NCBI GenBank assembly: GCA_965215505.1
Contig: OZ244065.1
Coordinates: 736,001-800,000 of the forward strand
Source: Capsulimonadaceae bacterium
GTDB taxonomy: Bacteria > Armatimonadota > Armatimonadia > Armatimonadales > Capsulimonadaceae
Length of the DNA: 64,000 nt
Direction: 5' to 3'
Positions 14,984 through 23,928 of this stretch are shown here, piece by piece (the first letter of the stretch is position 1; each line of letters opens with the position of its first letter). Made by a program: the position numbers and the translations under genes. The notes under the pieces were generated by a model, which did not search any database, was not told the DNA's origin, and was given only the letters and a program-made list of their open reading frames with translations.

Positions 14984-15871
14984 CTAAAGCACGTTCAGGA
15001 AGTCTTTCGACTCGTCGAACTTGCGGCAGGTGTCGGTTTCCACGGCCTCCCAGACCGGCGGCGAAAAGGCAAGCCATTTCTCGACCTCGGGGGCCAGGGC
15101 GGGGACGAGAGTATCCCCGGCATTGCCCAGCGCCAGCTTGCGGGCGACGTGGTCGGCGGCCTGGATCGTCGCGGCTAGCTCGAAGTATTCTTTCGCGAAG
15201 ACGGGCTGGTGATGCAGCGTGATCATCGCCGTCAGTGACAGGGGCAGGTTCCACTTCTCGGCGATCCGCTTACCGACGAGCGCGTGGCCGACGCCAAGGG
15301 CGGTCTTCTCCGCCTCCCAGACGGAGATCTTCGCTGCACCGGCGAGCTTGATGGCGATGGCATACTGGTCAGGGAAGTATTGATCCAGGAATAGCTTGCC
15401 GATGTCATGCAGCAGGCCCCCGATGAAGACCTCCTCCACCGACTTTGCCCCGATCCCCTTGCGGCGGGCGATGACGCCCGCCGCCGCCGCCACGCCCATC
15501 GAGTGCGCCCAGAAGGCGTCCCGGTCCAGGGCGGTCTTCTGGCCGCGCGCGTCGAAGGCGTTGAAGACGCCGAGCGAGGTGGTCAGGTTGCGGACGGTGT
15601 TGAAGCCCAGGATGACGACAGCGTTGGTGATGGTGGCGATCTTGCGCGGGAAGCCGTAGTAGGAGGAGTTGACCAGGCGCAGCACTTTGGAGGCCAGCGC
15701 CTGGTCGGCGGAGATCAGGCGGTTCAGGTCGCTGGCCGAAGTCGTCGGGTCATTAATGGTCTGCATGACGCGCACGATGACGGCCGGCAGGGGCGGCAGG
15801 TCTTGCAGCTCGTCTTCGATGATACGCAGCAGGCGCTCCTGCTTCAGCTTGGTTTCGATTAAGGTCGGCAC
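14984..15871 (-). CDS. Stand-alone HDOD domain protein
   Basis: LPPLPAV, DQALASKVLRLVNSSYYG, FWAHS, GGLLHDIGK and H...G..IAEKWNLP. Confidence 0.93.
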   Translation of the reverse strand: MPTLIETKLKQERLLRIIEDELQDLPPLPAVIVRVMQTINDPTTSASDLNRLISADQALASKVLRLVNSSYYGFPRKIATITNAVVILGFNTVRNLTTSLGVFNAFDARGQKTALDRDAFWAHSMGVAAAAGVIARRKGIGAKSVEEVFIGGLLHDIGKLFLDQYFPDQYAIAIKLAGAAKISVWEAEKTALGVGHALVGKRIAEKWNLPLSLTAMITLHHQPVFAKEYFELAATIQAADHVARKLALGNAGDTLVPALAPEVEKWLAFSPPVWEAVETDTCRKFDESKDFLNVL

Positions 15872-15949
15872 GGCCAGTCCTCACTTCGCGGGATAACGAA
15901 CGACGGAACAAACGATAGGACAAGAGAGCAATCGGGAGTTCTGCCGTCA

Positions 15950-15977
15950 TTATCGGCACGGGCGGGGAGGAACTAGA
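15950..15977 (-). promoter_or_regulatory. Candidate sigma28 (FliA/SigD) promoter upstream of the HDOD gene
   Basis: Minus strand reads (T)CTAG-N15-GCCGATAA. The -10 is a perfect GCCGATAA. Confidence 0.55.
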
Positions 15978-15993
15978 GGAGGAACGTGCGGGT

Positions 15994-16563
15994 CTACTTG
16001 ACCAGCGCGAGGATCGCCTTGAACTCGGGCGTCCCGGCCTGGCGCAGCAGTTCGTAGACGGCGGCTTCCGCCGCACAGGGTAGGACGCCGCTGTCGCGCA
16101 TCCGCTCCATGCCCAGCTTGTGCTTTTCTAGGGAGCGCGCGGAAACGGCGTCGGCGGCGACATGGACCTGGTAGCCGAGTGCAGCGAGGTCGAGGGCCGT
16201 CTGCGAGACGCAGATATGGGTTTCGACGCCGCAGAGCAGGATCTGACGCCGACCCGAAGAGGCGACGCTTTCGAGGAAACCCGCCGCGCCCGCACAGGAG
16301 AAGCACATCTTGTCGAGGGGCACGCCGACGGTGTCGCCGAGTGCCTGCGCGATCTCGGGGACGACGCCGCCCATGCGTTCGGCATACTGGACCGTCGGGA
16401 TGACGGGGACCCGCATGACGGCGGCGGCTTCGACCAGGAGGCGGACATTTCCCACCAGCCGCTCCCGGTCGTGGATGCCGCGCAGGAACGGCTCCTGCAT
16501 GTCTACGACGACCAGCAGCGCGTCTTCACGGCGCAAGATATGGGGATGGCGTCCTTCGGGCAT
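15994..16563 (-). CDS. Isochorismatase family cysteine hydrolase (YcaC/ISOC-like)
   Basis: VVDMQE, DKMCFS and GVETHICVSQTA give the Asp-Lys-Cys triad. Confidence 0.92.
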   Translation of the reverse strand: MPEGRHPHILRREDALLVVVDMQEPFLRGIHDRERLVGNVRLLVEAAAVMRVPVIPTVQYAERMGGVVPEIAQALGDTVGVPLDKMCFSCAGAAGFLESVASSGRRQILLCGVETHICVSQTALDLAALGYQVHVAADAVSARSLEKHKLGMERMRDSGVLPCAAEAAVYELLRQAGTPEFKAILALVK

Positions 16564-16581
16564 GGCTGGCTTGGGTGGCTC

Positions 16582-17661
16582 TCAGGCGGGGGGCGGGGCA
16601 CACGAGGCGCGGGTGATCAAAAGGCCAGGGAGGGAAACATCCTGGGCGGCTTCAGGCTCCTCGCCTTCCGCCGCCTGACTCTCGTGGGCCTGGTAGAGAG
16701 CCGCGATGGCAGCTCTTGCGATCTCGGGCACGGGCTGGCGCACGACGGTCAGCGGCGGCGTGAGCGCCTCGGCCAGGCGCGGCGTGTCCCCGAACCCGAC
16801 CAGCGAGACCTGCTGCGGGACGCGCAGGCCCAGCTCGACGAGCGTCTGGGTCGCCACGGCGGCGACGTTCTCGTCGTTACAGACCACGGCGGTCGGCAGG
16901 GTCGCCCGGTCCACGCCCGGCCTCTGGAGGCTGGTGAGGACGCGCCGGATCTGGTCCCGCTCCTCCAGCGTTTTCATCGTGTCGAAGGGCTGCCAGATGA
17001 CCTGGGCGGGGTCGGCCCCTTGGGCGAGCCAGGCCGAGTGCAGGCCCTGGAGGCGGCGCTGGGTGACGCGCGGCGTGGCGACGGGTGCGAGCAGGACGAT
17101 CCGGCGATGTCCCATGCTCCACAAGTAGTCGCCGAGCAGCCGCCCCGCGCCCGTATTGTCCAGGTGGACCTGCGCCAGATCGCGCGGCGGATTGTCTACC
17201 TCGCCGATCATGACGCAGGGGATGCTGGCGCTGGCCGCCTGACGCGGCAGGGGGACCGAGGAGAGGAGGAGGAGGCCCATCAGCCCGAGCGAGTCCAGGC
17301 GCGGCAGGTCGTCGGCGTTCAGCAGCCGCAGCCCGAAGTCGTCTTCCGCTTCGGCCCCTTGCTTTTGGGCGTACTCGCGCAGAGCGATCTGCAAGTTCTG
17401 GATGAGGTAGGCACTGGAGGAGCTGTAATCCTGATCCCAGACGCCGATGAACTGCTCCGTGTGCTGGCGGCGCAGGCGGCGGCTGCCGCGCGGGCGGCCC
17501 GAGCGGACGGGGGTGTAGTTCAGCATCTCGGCGACTTGCAGCACCTTGCGGCGCGTGCTGTCGCTGACGAAGGTGCCGTTGTCACGCCCGCTGAGTACGG
17601 TCGAAACGACGCTCGGGGAGACCCCGGTCCGCTCTGCGATGTCCTTCAAGGTGACTGGCAT
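16582..17661 (-). CDS. LacI family transcriptional regulator
   Basis: HTH VTLKDIAERTGVSPSVVSTVL; sensor domain GHRRI, VVC.D..A and VPQQVSLVGFGD..PPLT.VRQP. Confidence 0.9.
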   Translation of the reverse strand: MPVTLKDIAERTGVSPSVVSTVLSGRDNGTFVSDSTRRKVLQVAEMLNYTPVRSGRPRGSRRLRRQHTEQFIGVWDQDYSSSSAYLIQNLQIALREYAQKQGAEAEDDFGLRLLNADDLPRLDSLGLMGLLLLSSVPLPRQAASASIPCVMIGEVDNPPRDLAQVHLDNTGAGRLLGDYLWSMGHRRIVLLAPVATPRVTQRRLQGLHSAWLAQGADPAQVIWQPFDTMKTLEERDQIRRVLTSLQRPGVDRATLPTAVVCNDENVAAVATQTLVELGLRVPQQVSLVGFGDTPRLAEALTPPLTVVRQPVPEIARAAIAALYQAHESQAAEGEEPEAAQDVSLPGLLITRASCAPPPA

Positions 17662-17736
17662 GGGTTACTGTCTGTGATTATACACGAAAAGTCCGGGTTT
17701 ACAACCCCGCCGCAGAAATGAGGCAAACAAACGTGA

Positions 17737-17767
17737 GACCGCCGGGGTGCGCGTCACCCCGGCGGTC
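17737..17767 (-). terminator. Hairpin terminator after mdh
   Basis: 13-bp stem gaccgccggggtg / caccccggcggtc, followed on the minus strand by a T-rich run. Confidence 0.65.
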
Positions 17768-17778
17768 CTCCTCCACTG

Positions 17779-18783
17779 CTACAGCTTGCCGAGTTCCTTG
17801 AGGCTGTCTACGGTGCCCTGCACCTTGGCCGCTGACTCTTTGATGCCGGCCATCTCGGTGTCGGTGAGCGGGGCCAGCGCCATCAGGTCGTAGACGTCTT
17901 CCACGCCGCCCGCCCCGAGCAGGGCCGGGACGCCGAAGTACAGCCCGCTGACGCCGTACTGGCCGTCCAGGAGGACCGTGCTGGCGAGGATGCGCTTGCG
18001 GTCCAGGAGGACCGCCTCGACCATCTCCGCCGTCGCGACGCCCGGCGCATACCACGCGCTCGTCCCAATGAGGCCCGTCAGGATGCCCCCGCCCTGCCGG
18101 GTGTCGTCCTCGATCTTCTGGAGCTGATCATCGGTCAGCTTGCCCAGGCCAACCCACTTCTGGACGGGGATGCCGCCCACGGTGGTCAGGCTGCGGACCG
18201 GCACCATCTGGTCGCCGTGCCCGCCCAGGACATACGCCTGCACGTCCTCGACGGAGACGCCGACGGCCTGAGCGATGTAGTTGCGGTAGCGGGTGCTGTC
18301 CAGGACGCCGGCCTGGCCGATGACGCGCGCAGAGGGCAGGCCCGACGCCTTCAGGGCGACGTGGCACATGGCGTCGAGCGGGTTGGAGACGACGATGTAG
18401 ACCGCCTCGGGGCTTGCCGCAGCGGCCTGGGCGGCGACACTCGCCACGATGTCGGCGTTGACGGCCAGCAGGTCCTCGCGGGACATCCCCGGCGTCCGGG
18501 GCCGGCCCGAGGTGATGACGACCACGTCGCTATTGGCCGTGTCGGCATAGTCCGATGTGCCCTTGATGCGCCCGTCATAGCCGACGATGGGCGCAACCTG
18601 GTTGAGATCGAGCGCCTTGCCCTGCGCCATGGAGCCGGTCTTGCGGGGCCGCTCCAAAGTCAGGTCGTCCGGCAGGTCCAGCAGGACCACGTCGCTGTAC
18701 CCCTGTTGCGCCACATGGAACGCCACCGTCGCGCCGACATTGCCCGCGCCGATGACGCTGACTTTTTTCTTTCCAGAAGCCAT
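17779..18783 (-). CDS. mdh: Malate dehydrogenase (LDH-like)
   Basis: IGAGNVG, GKALD, PRTPGMSREDL, NPLDAM, LDSTR and GGHGDQMVP. Confidence 0.95.
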   Translation of the reverse strand: MASGKKKVSVIGAGNVGATVAFHVAQQGYSDVVLLDLPDDLTLERPRKTGSMAQGKALDLNQVAPIVGYDGRIKGTSDYADTANSDVVVITSGRPRTPGMSREDLLAVNADIVASVAAQAAAASPEAVYIVVSNPLDAMCHVALKASGLPSARVIGQAGVLDSTRYRNYIAQAVGVSVEDVQAYVLGGHGDQMVPVRSLTTVGGIPVQKWVGLGKLTDDQLQKIEDDTRQGGGILTGLIGTSAWYAPGVATAEMVEAVLLDRKRILASTVLLDGQYGVSGLYFGVPALLGAGGVEDVYDLMALAPLTDTEMAGIKESAAKVQGTVDSLKELGKL

Positions 18784-18821
18784 TTTCTGTGTGTTTCTCC
18801 TTGATGATAGTTGACGATAAG

Positions 18822-19442
18822 TTACGGAAGCAGGGCGGCGACTGCGACCGGCTGGGGCGCGGCCAGCGGCGGGATGACTTCACCGCTCCGGTGGATGGTC
18901 CTCTCGGCGTAGCCGAAGCCGTGGGGCTGCGTCTCGTCAGGAACCGGCTGCCGATGGACTTCTATTTGGGCCGGGGTCTGGTCAATGTTGATGATCCAGT
19001 AGTCCGCCACGCCCGCACTGGCGTAGAGGCTTGCTTTCTCGCGGCGGTCGTAGGGGAGCGTTGAGTATGAGACTTCCACAATCAGCGCCGCCTCCGTCAG
19101 CCCACGATTTAAGAATTCGCGGAAAGTTCCGGCAATCACCGCGATGTCGGGCAGCGGGTCGGTCGCCCTCCCGACACTGAAAGGCTTCTCCTCACTTACG
19201 AAGAAGCCCGCGCCGAATACCTCCCTGAATACCCCACTCGCCATGGTGACGATTCCGCGATGCAGATTCCCTACAGGCGGCATGGCGATGATTTCCCCCC
19301 CGATCAGTATGACGCGCTGACCCTCAAACAGGCCCTCTTCCCGCATCTGGTGAAATAGGTCACGGGTGCAGCGCCAGGGGGCGGGGCGGAGATCCTCAGC
19401 GGGCGCGGTGCCGGGAGCAATCTCTCGTTCAGCGACGGCCAT
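18822..19442 (-). CDS. Uma2 family endonuclease-like protein (tandem copy 2)
   Basis: LIGGEIIAM, PLPDIAV, LIVEVS.STL.YDR..KA.LYA.AGV.DYWIIN. Start MAVAERE at 19442 with AGGAGG RBS. Confidence 0.9.
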   Translation of the reverse strand: MAVAEREIAPGTAPAEDLRPAPWRCTRDLFHQMREEGLFEGQRVILIGGEIIAMPPVGNLHRGIVTMASGVFREVFGAGFFVSEEKPFSVGRATDPLPDIAVIAGTFREFLNRGLTEAALIVEVSYSTLPYDRREKASLYASAGVADYWIINIDQTPAQIEVHRQPVPDETQPHGFGYAERTIHRSGEVIPPLAAPQPVAVAALLP

Positions 19443-19467
19443 GTTCTTTATCCTCCTGGTGGGTGCC

Positions 19468-20091
19468 TCATGGGAGCAGCATGGATACGGCGATAGGCTT
19501 GGGGGAGGCGAGCGGCTGGATGACTCCACCACTCCGGTGGACGGTTTTCTCGCGGTAGCCGAAGCCATGAGGCTGTGTCTCGTCCGGGACGGGCTGACGA
19601 TAGACTTCTATCTGGGCCGGCTCCTGGTCAACATTAACGATCCAGTAGTCGGCGACGCCAGCCGACGCATAAAGGCTCGCCTTCCCGCGACGGTCATAGG
19701 CCAGTGTCGTGTCTGAAACCTCCACGATAAGTGCAGACTCCGTCAGACCCCGGCCAAGATAATCACGGACGCTGCCCTGGATGATCGCGATGTCAGGCTC
19801 CGGGTCGGTCGCCCTCCCGATGTCGAAGGGGCACTGCACACTTACAAAGAAGCCGCTGCCGAACACTTCGCGAAGAACGTCGCTCGCCAAGATCAGGACG
19901 TTCCGATGCAGATCGCCCATCGCCGGCATGGCAAGTATCTCCCCGTCCACGAGAATCGCGCGCCGGCCCTCGAACAAGCCCATTTCGCCGATCTGGTTGA
20001 ACTGCTCTCTGGTCCAGCGGTAGGGCTGAGGAGTCCATTCCCCCTCAGCCCCCTGCGCCGGGGTGGTCAACTCGCGTTCGGCGACTGCCAT
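19468..20091 (-). CDS. Uma2 family endonuclease-like protein (tandem copy 1)
   Basis: PEPDIAI and IVEVSDTTLAYDRRGKASLYA. Close paralog of the downstream gene. Confidence 0.9.
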   Translation of the reverse strand: MAVAERELTTPAQGAEGEWTPQPYRWTREQFNQIGEMGLFEGRRAILVDGEILAMPAMGDLHRNVLILASDVLREVFGSGFFVSVQCPFDIGRATDPEPDIAIIQGSVRDYLGRGLTESALIVEVSDTTLAYDRRGKASLYASAGVADYWIVNVDQEPAQIEVYRQPVPDETQPHGFGYREKTVHRSGGVIQPLASPKPIAVSMLLP

Positions 20092-20119
20092 CTTCCTCTT
20101 CTCCTATCATGCTCCTGAA

Positions 20120-21196
20120 CTAACCGGCCTGCATCTTGGCGATGATGGCGTCAGCCATCTCGGCCGTGCCGACGGCGGTGGGGTCGTTGCGGTCCGGCTT
20201 CATGTCGTAGGTGACGCTCTTGCCCTCGGCGATGACGTCGGCGACGGCCTTCTCCAGGCGTGCGGCGGCCTCGTCCTCTTTGAGATACTTGAGCATCAGC
20301 AGGCCGCTCAGGATCAGCGCGGTGGGGTTGACCTTGTTCAGATTCTTGTACTTGGGAGCCGACCCGTGCGTCGCCTCGAAGAGCGCCATGTCCGCGCCGA
20401 TGTTCGCGCCGGGCGCGACGCCCAGGCCGCCGACCAGCCCCGCGCATAGGTCGGAGAGGATGTCGCCGTAGAGGTTCTCCATGACCATGACGTCGTAGTT
20501 CTCGGGCTTCTGGACGAGCTGCATGCACATGGCGTCCACGAGCCACTCGTCGTACTCGACCCGGCCCTCGTAATCCTTGGCGACCTCGCGGGCGATCTCA
20601 TAGAAGAGGCCGTCCGTGTACTTCATGATGTTTGCCTTGGCGACCGCCGTGACCTTCTTGCGCCCGTTCTCAATGGCATACTCGAAGGCGGCCTTGACGA
20701 TCTGGCGCGACCCGGTGCGGGAGATGGGCTTGATGGAGATGGCCGAGTCCCGGCGGATCTTGCCGCCCGCCATGTCAATGATCTTGCCGGCCTCGGCGCT
20801 GTCCACGGGGTACTCGACGCCCGCGTACAGGTCCTCGGTGTTCTCGCGGACGATCACCAGGTCCACGTCGGTGTAACGCGAACGGACACCCTTATACGAC
20901 TTACACGGGCGGATGCAGGCGTACAGGTCCAGCTCTTTGCGAAGGGCGACGTTGACCGACCGGAAGCCGGTGCCGATGGGGGTGGTGATGGGTCCTTTGA
21001 GGGCGATCTTGTTCTTGCGGATGGAGGCCAGAACATTGTCCGGCAGCGGCGTCCCCGCCGTCTCCATGATGTCCACGCCCGCCTCGACCACGTCCCACTC
21101 GAAGGCCACGCCGGTGCCCTCCAGGACGCGCCGTGTGGCCTCGACCAGCTCCGGCCCGGTGCCGTCTCCCCGAATCAGTGTCACTTGATACGCCAA
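20120..21196 (-). CDS. icd: Isocitrate dehydrogenase (isocitrate/isopropylmalate dehydrogenase family, NAD-type)
   Basis: [47 protein letters not shown] and EATHGSAPK. Probable TTG start at 21196 with GGAGG RBS. Same cluster as mdh. Confidence 0.9.
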   Translation of the reverse strand: MAYQVTLIRGDGTGPELVEATRRVLEGTGVAFEWDVVEAGVDIMETAGTPLPDNVLASIRKNKIALKGPITTPIGTGFRSVNVALRKELDLYACIRPCKSYKGVRSRYTDVDLVIVRENTEDLYAGVEYPVDSAEAGKIIDMAGGKIRRDSAISIKPISRTGSRQIVKAAFEYAIENGRKKVTAVAKANIMKYTDGLFYEIAREVAKDYEGRVEYDEWLVDAMCMQLVQKPENYDVMVMENLYGDILSDLCAGLVGGLGVAPGANIGADMALFEATHGSAPKYKNLNKVNPTALILSGLLMLKYLKEDEAAARLEKAVADVIAEGKSVTYDMKPDRNDPTAVGTAEMADAIIAKMQAG

Positions 21197-21244
21197 TGAA
21201 CTCTCCTCCACGCGGGGCAAGCCCCCTCAAAACAGAATAGGGCT

Positions 21245-21273
21245 AGTATAAGCGTTCCAGGGGATTTTGTCAA
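21245..21273 (-). promoter_or_regulatory. sigma70-type promoter for icd
   Basis: Minus strand TTGACA-N17-TATACT. Confidence 0.7.
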
Positions 21274-21440
21274 GCAAGCCGCCCGCTCCGGGATGGGGCG
21301 GGCGGGGGAGAGTTGCTTTAGGCGTGCAAGTGTGACACAATAAGGTTCGAGGGCTGTCGCCGGGGTTTGCCTGACTCTCCGGCCGGTCCCCGCAATCCTT
21401 CATTTGCCCATCCCCATATATCGATCAAAGGAGACTGAAC

Positions 21441-22400
21441 ATGCCGCTGGTAGACATGCCGCTGGAACAACTGCTGACGTATGAGGGGCGCAGCCCGCGC
21501 CCCGCCGATTTTGACGAGTTCTGGGACGGCGCACTGGCCGAGATGCGCGCCCTGGACCCGCAGGTGGAGATGGTCCCACACCCCCTTAAAGCCTCATTCG
21601 CGGCGTGCTTTGACCTGTACTTCACCGGCGTCGGCGGGGCGCGGGTCCACGCCAAGCTGCTGCGCCCCAACAGAGCGCCCGCCCCGCACCCGGCCCTGGT
21701 CATGTTCCACGGGTACGGGAGCAACAGCGGGGACTGGGCGGGCAAGCTCGGCTATGTCGCACAGGGGTACTCGGTCGCCGCCCTGGACGTGCGCGGGCAG
21801 GGAGGGCTGTCACAGGACGTGGGCGGGACGACGGGGCGGACGGCGAGCGGCCACTTCATCCGGGGCGTGGACGACGGGCCGGAGAAGATGCTGTTCCGGC
21901 AGGTCTTTCTGGACTGCGCCCAACTGGCGGGGATCGTCATGGACATGCCGGACGTGGACGCGGGCCGCGTGGGGGCCATGGGCGGGTCTCAGGGCGGGGC
22001 GCTGACGGTCGTTTGTGCGGCCCTGGAGCCGCGCGTCAAGAAGGCCGCCGCCACGTTCCCCTTCCTCAGCGACTACAAGCGCGTCTGGGAGATGGACCTC
22101 GCGGCGGGCGCGTACCAGGAGATCCGGGACTACTTCCGCACGTTCGACCCGCGCCACGAGCGCGAGGAAGCGGTCTGGACCCGGCTCGGCTATGTGGACA
22201 TCCAGCACCTCGCCCCGCGCATCCAGGCCGAGGTGCTGATGCCGGTCGGCCTGATGGACACGGTCTGCCCGCCCTCTACGCAGTTCGCCGCCTACAACAA
22301 GATCACGTCGCCCAAGAGCCTGCTGGTGTACCCCGACTTCGGCCACGAGGACCTGCCGGGGGCCAATGACGCCGTGTTCGACTTCTTCGCCGATCTGTGA
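21441..22400 (+). CDS. Acetylxylan esterase / cephalosporin-C deacetylase (CE7)
   Basis: MPLVDMPLEQL, RGQ, GGSQGG nucleophile, D.VCPPSTQFAAYN and GHE. Confidence 0.93.
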   Translation: MPLVDMPLEQLLTYEGRSPRPADFDEFWDGALAEMRALDPQVEMVPHPLKASFAACFDLYFTGVGGARVHAKLLRPNRAPAPHPALVMFHGYGSNSGDWAGKLGYVAQGYSVAALDVRGQGGLSQDVGGTTGRTASGHFIRGVDDGPEKMLFRQVFLDCAQLAGIVMDMPDVDAGRVGAMGGSQGGALTVVCAALEPRVKKAAATFPFLSDYKRVWEMDLAAGAYQEIRDYFRTFDPRHEREEAVWTRLGYVDIQHLAPRIQAEVLMPVGLMDTVCPPSTQFAAYNKITSPKSLLVYPDFGHEDLPGANDAVFDFFADL

Positions 22401-22430
22401 TGCTTTGATGGACGGCCTTAGATGACGGCC

Positions 22431-23276
22431 TTAGAACACCGGCCCAGCCTGGGAGAGCGTGTCGCAGGTCTGGCTGGTGACCTGCTCGAAGTCGGCGGGC
22501 GTCAGTCCCAGCGTGGTTAAGGCCTCGGGGTGGAGCGTGTAGGCCAGGCCGTCCACGCCCAGCCCGATGCCCAGGGTGAGGCAGACGGCGTCGGCGACAT
22601 GGACGAGGCATGGCAGCGGGGAGGCTTCGGGGGATTCGAGCGGCGCGTGGTGCCAGCGCACGGCGGTGACCAGGGAGGCTGGCAGGTTCCAGCGCTCCAG
22701 CAGGCGCGCGCCCGCCTCGGCATGGTCGAACCCCAGCACCTCCTGCTCCGCCCCGGCGAAGGTCATGTCGTCCCCTGAGGCGCGGCGGAGGACGTGGCTG
22801 AACTGGTCGGGCAGGTAGGTGTTCAGGACGATCTTGCCGATGTCGTGCAGCAGCCCCGCCACGAAAGCCTCCTCGGTCGCGCGGTAGCGGGCGCGCTGGG
22901 CCAGCATCTGGGCGGCGGAGGCGCAGGCGAGCGAGTGCCGCCAGAGCGCGCCGCGCGGCAGGGCGTAGCCGACGACATCCTGTTCCAGCATCTCCTGGCA
23001 GCTCGTCGCCATGACCAGGTTGCGGGTCGTCCTCATCCCCAATGTGATGACGGCCTCGGAGACCGTCGCGATGCGGCGGCTGGCTCCGTAGAAGGCGGAG
23101 TTCGCGAGCTTCAGCACGCGCACGGCGAGGGCCTGATCCGAAGCCAAGGCCCGTGCGACGTCCGCCGTGCCCGCCTTCGGGTCGTCGGTGAGCTGCATAA
23201 CGCGGACGACGGCGGCGGGCAGGGCGGGTAGGTCCCGTACCTGACGCACAAGGGTTTCCAGGCGGCGATCATCCAT
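22431..23276 (-). CDS. Stand-alone HDOD domain protein
   Basis: LPALP, DQALA.RVLKLANSAFYG, LWRHS, AGLLHDIGK and WNLP. Start MDDRR at 23276 overlaps the cheD stop. Confidence 0.92.
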   Translation of the reverse strand: MDDRRLETLVRQVRDLPALPAAVVRVMQLTDDPKAGTADVARALASDQALAVRVLKLANSAFYGASRRIATVSEAVITLGMRTTRNLVMATSCQEMLEQDVVGYALPRGALWRHSLACASAAQMLAQRARYRATEEAFVAGLLHDIGKIVLNTYLPDQFSHVLRRASGDDMTFAGAEQEVLGFDHAEAGARLLERWNLPASLVTAVRWHHAPLESPEASPLPCLVHVADAVCLTLGIGLGVDGLAYTLHPEALTTLGLTPADFEQVTSQTCDTLSQAGPVF

Positions 23277-23865
23277 ACGTCCACGCCCCTTCCAGGATGG
23301 GACTCGCGGCGGCACCGGCCCGCAGGCCGCCCGGACTCAGGATGACCAGCATCCGTTCGGCCAGACCCACGGGGCGCACCCAGACCGTGCCGGTGGCGGC
23401 CTCCAGCGTCACCGTCCGCCCGAAGTGGCCGCCCGTGTCCTCGGCACAGAGTGGGATGCGGGCGCGGGCCAGTTCTTCCTTGACGGCGTGGACGTTCCTC
23501 AGACCGAACTCCAGGCGCGACCGGGTGCCCATGTCCGAGGCGGCGTCGGTGAATATCTGTGCGCCGCCCACCAGGGCGGCCTGCACGTGGGCGGGCTGGC
23601 CGCCCAGCCGCGCGATCTCGGCGAGGGCGTGGGCGACGGCCGTGTCGGCGCACTTGCCGGGCGGGGGCGGGGTGGCGGGACGCACGCCCAGCCCGGAAGG
23701 CGGGAGGGTGACGGGGAGGACGACATGCACCAGGACGGCGAGGCGGGTGTGGCTCTCATAGAGGCACAGGCCGACACACGCGCCCAGGCCGCGCGCTTGC
23801 AGGCGCGTGTCAGACGTGCGGGCCAGTCCCGTTTCCCCCATTTCCACTGCCACGACCGATGCCAT
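23269..23865 (-). CDS. cheD: Chemoreceptor glutamine deamidase CheD
   Basis: GLGACVG (catalytic Cys), HVVLP (His), K.ADTA, VGGA, G.RN and EDTGG..GRTV. Confidence 0.88.
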   Translation of the reverse strand: MASVVAVEMGETGLARTSDTRLQARGLGACVGLCLYESHTRLAVLVHVVLPVTLPPSGLGVRPATPPPPGKCADTAVAHALAEIARLGGQPAHVQAALVGGAQIFTDAASDMGTRSRLEFGLRNVHAVKEELARARIPLCAEDTGGHFGRTVTLEAATGTVWVRPVGLAERMLVILSPGGLRAGAAASPILEGAWTYG

Positions 23866-23928
23866 TGTTCAGAAGGTTCCTTCCCTCCTGATTATGGCGG
23901 CCTGTCACTGATTCTCTAGGAGGGGCGG

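Noticed and set aside
15994..16563. Nicotinamidase (PncA) completing NAD salvage with the PRTase
   Set aside because: It lacks the PncA metal-binding Asp/His/His motif, looks like the YcaC/ISOC subfamily, and lies 14 kb away.
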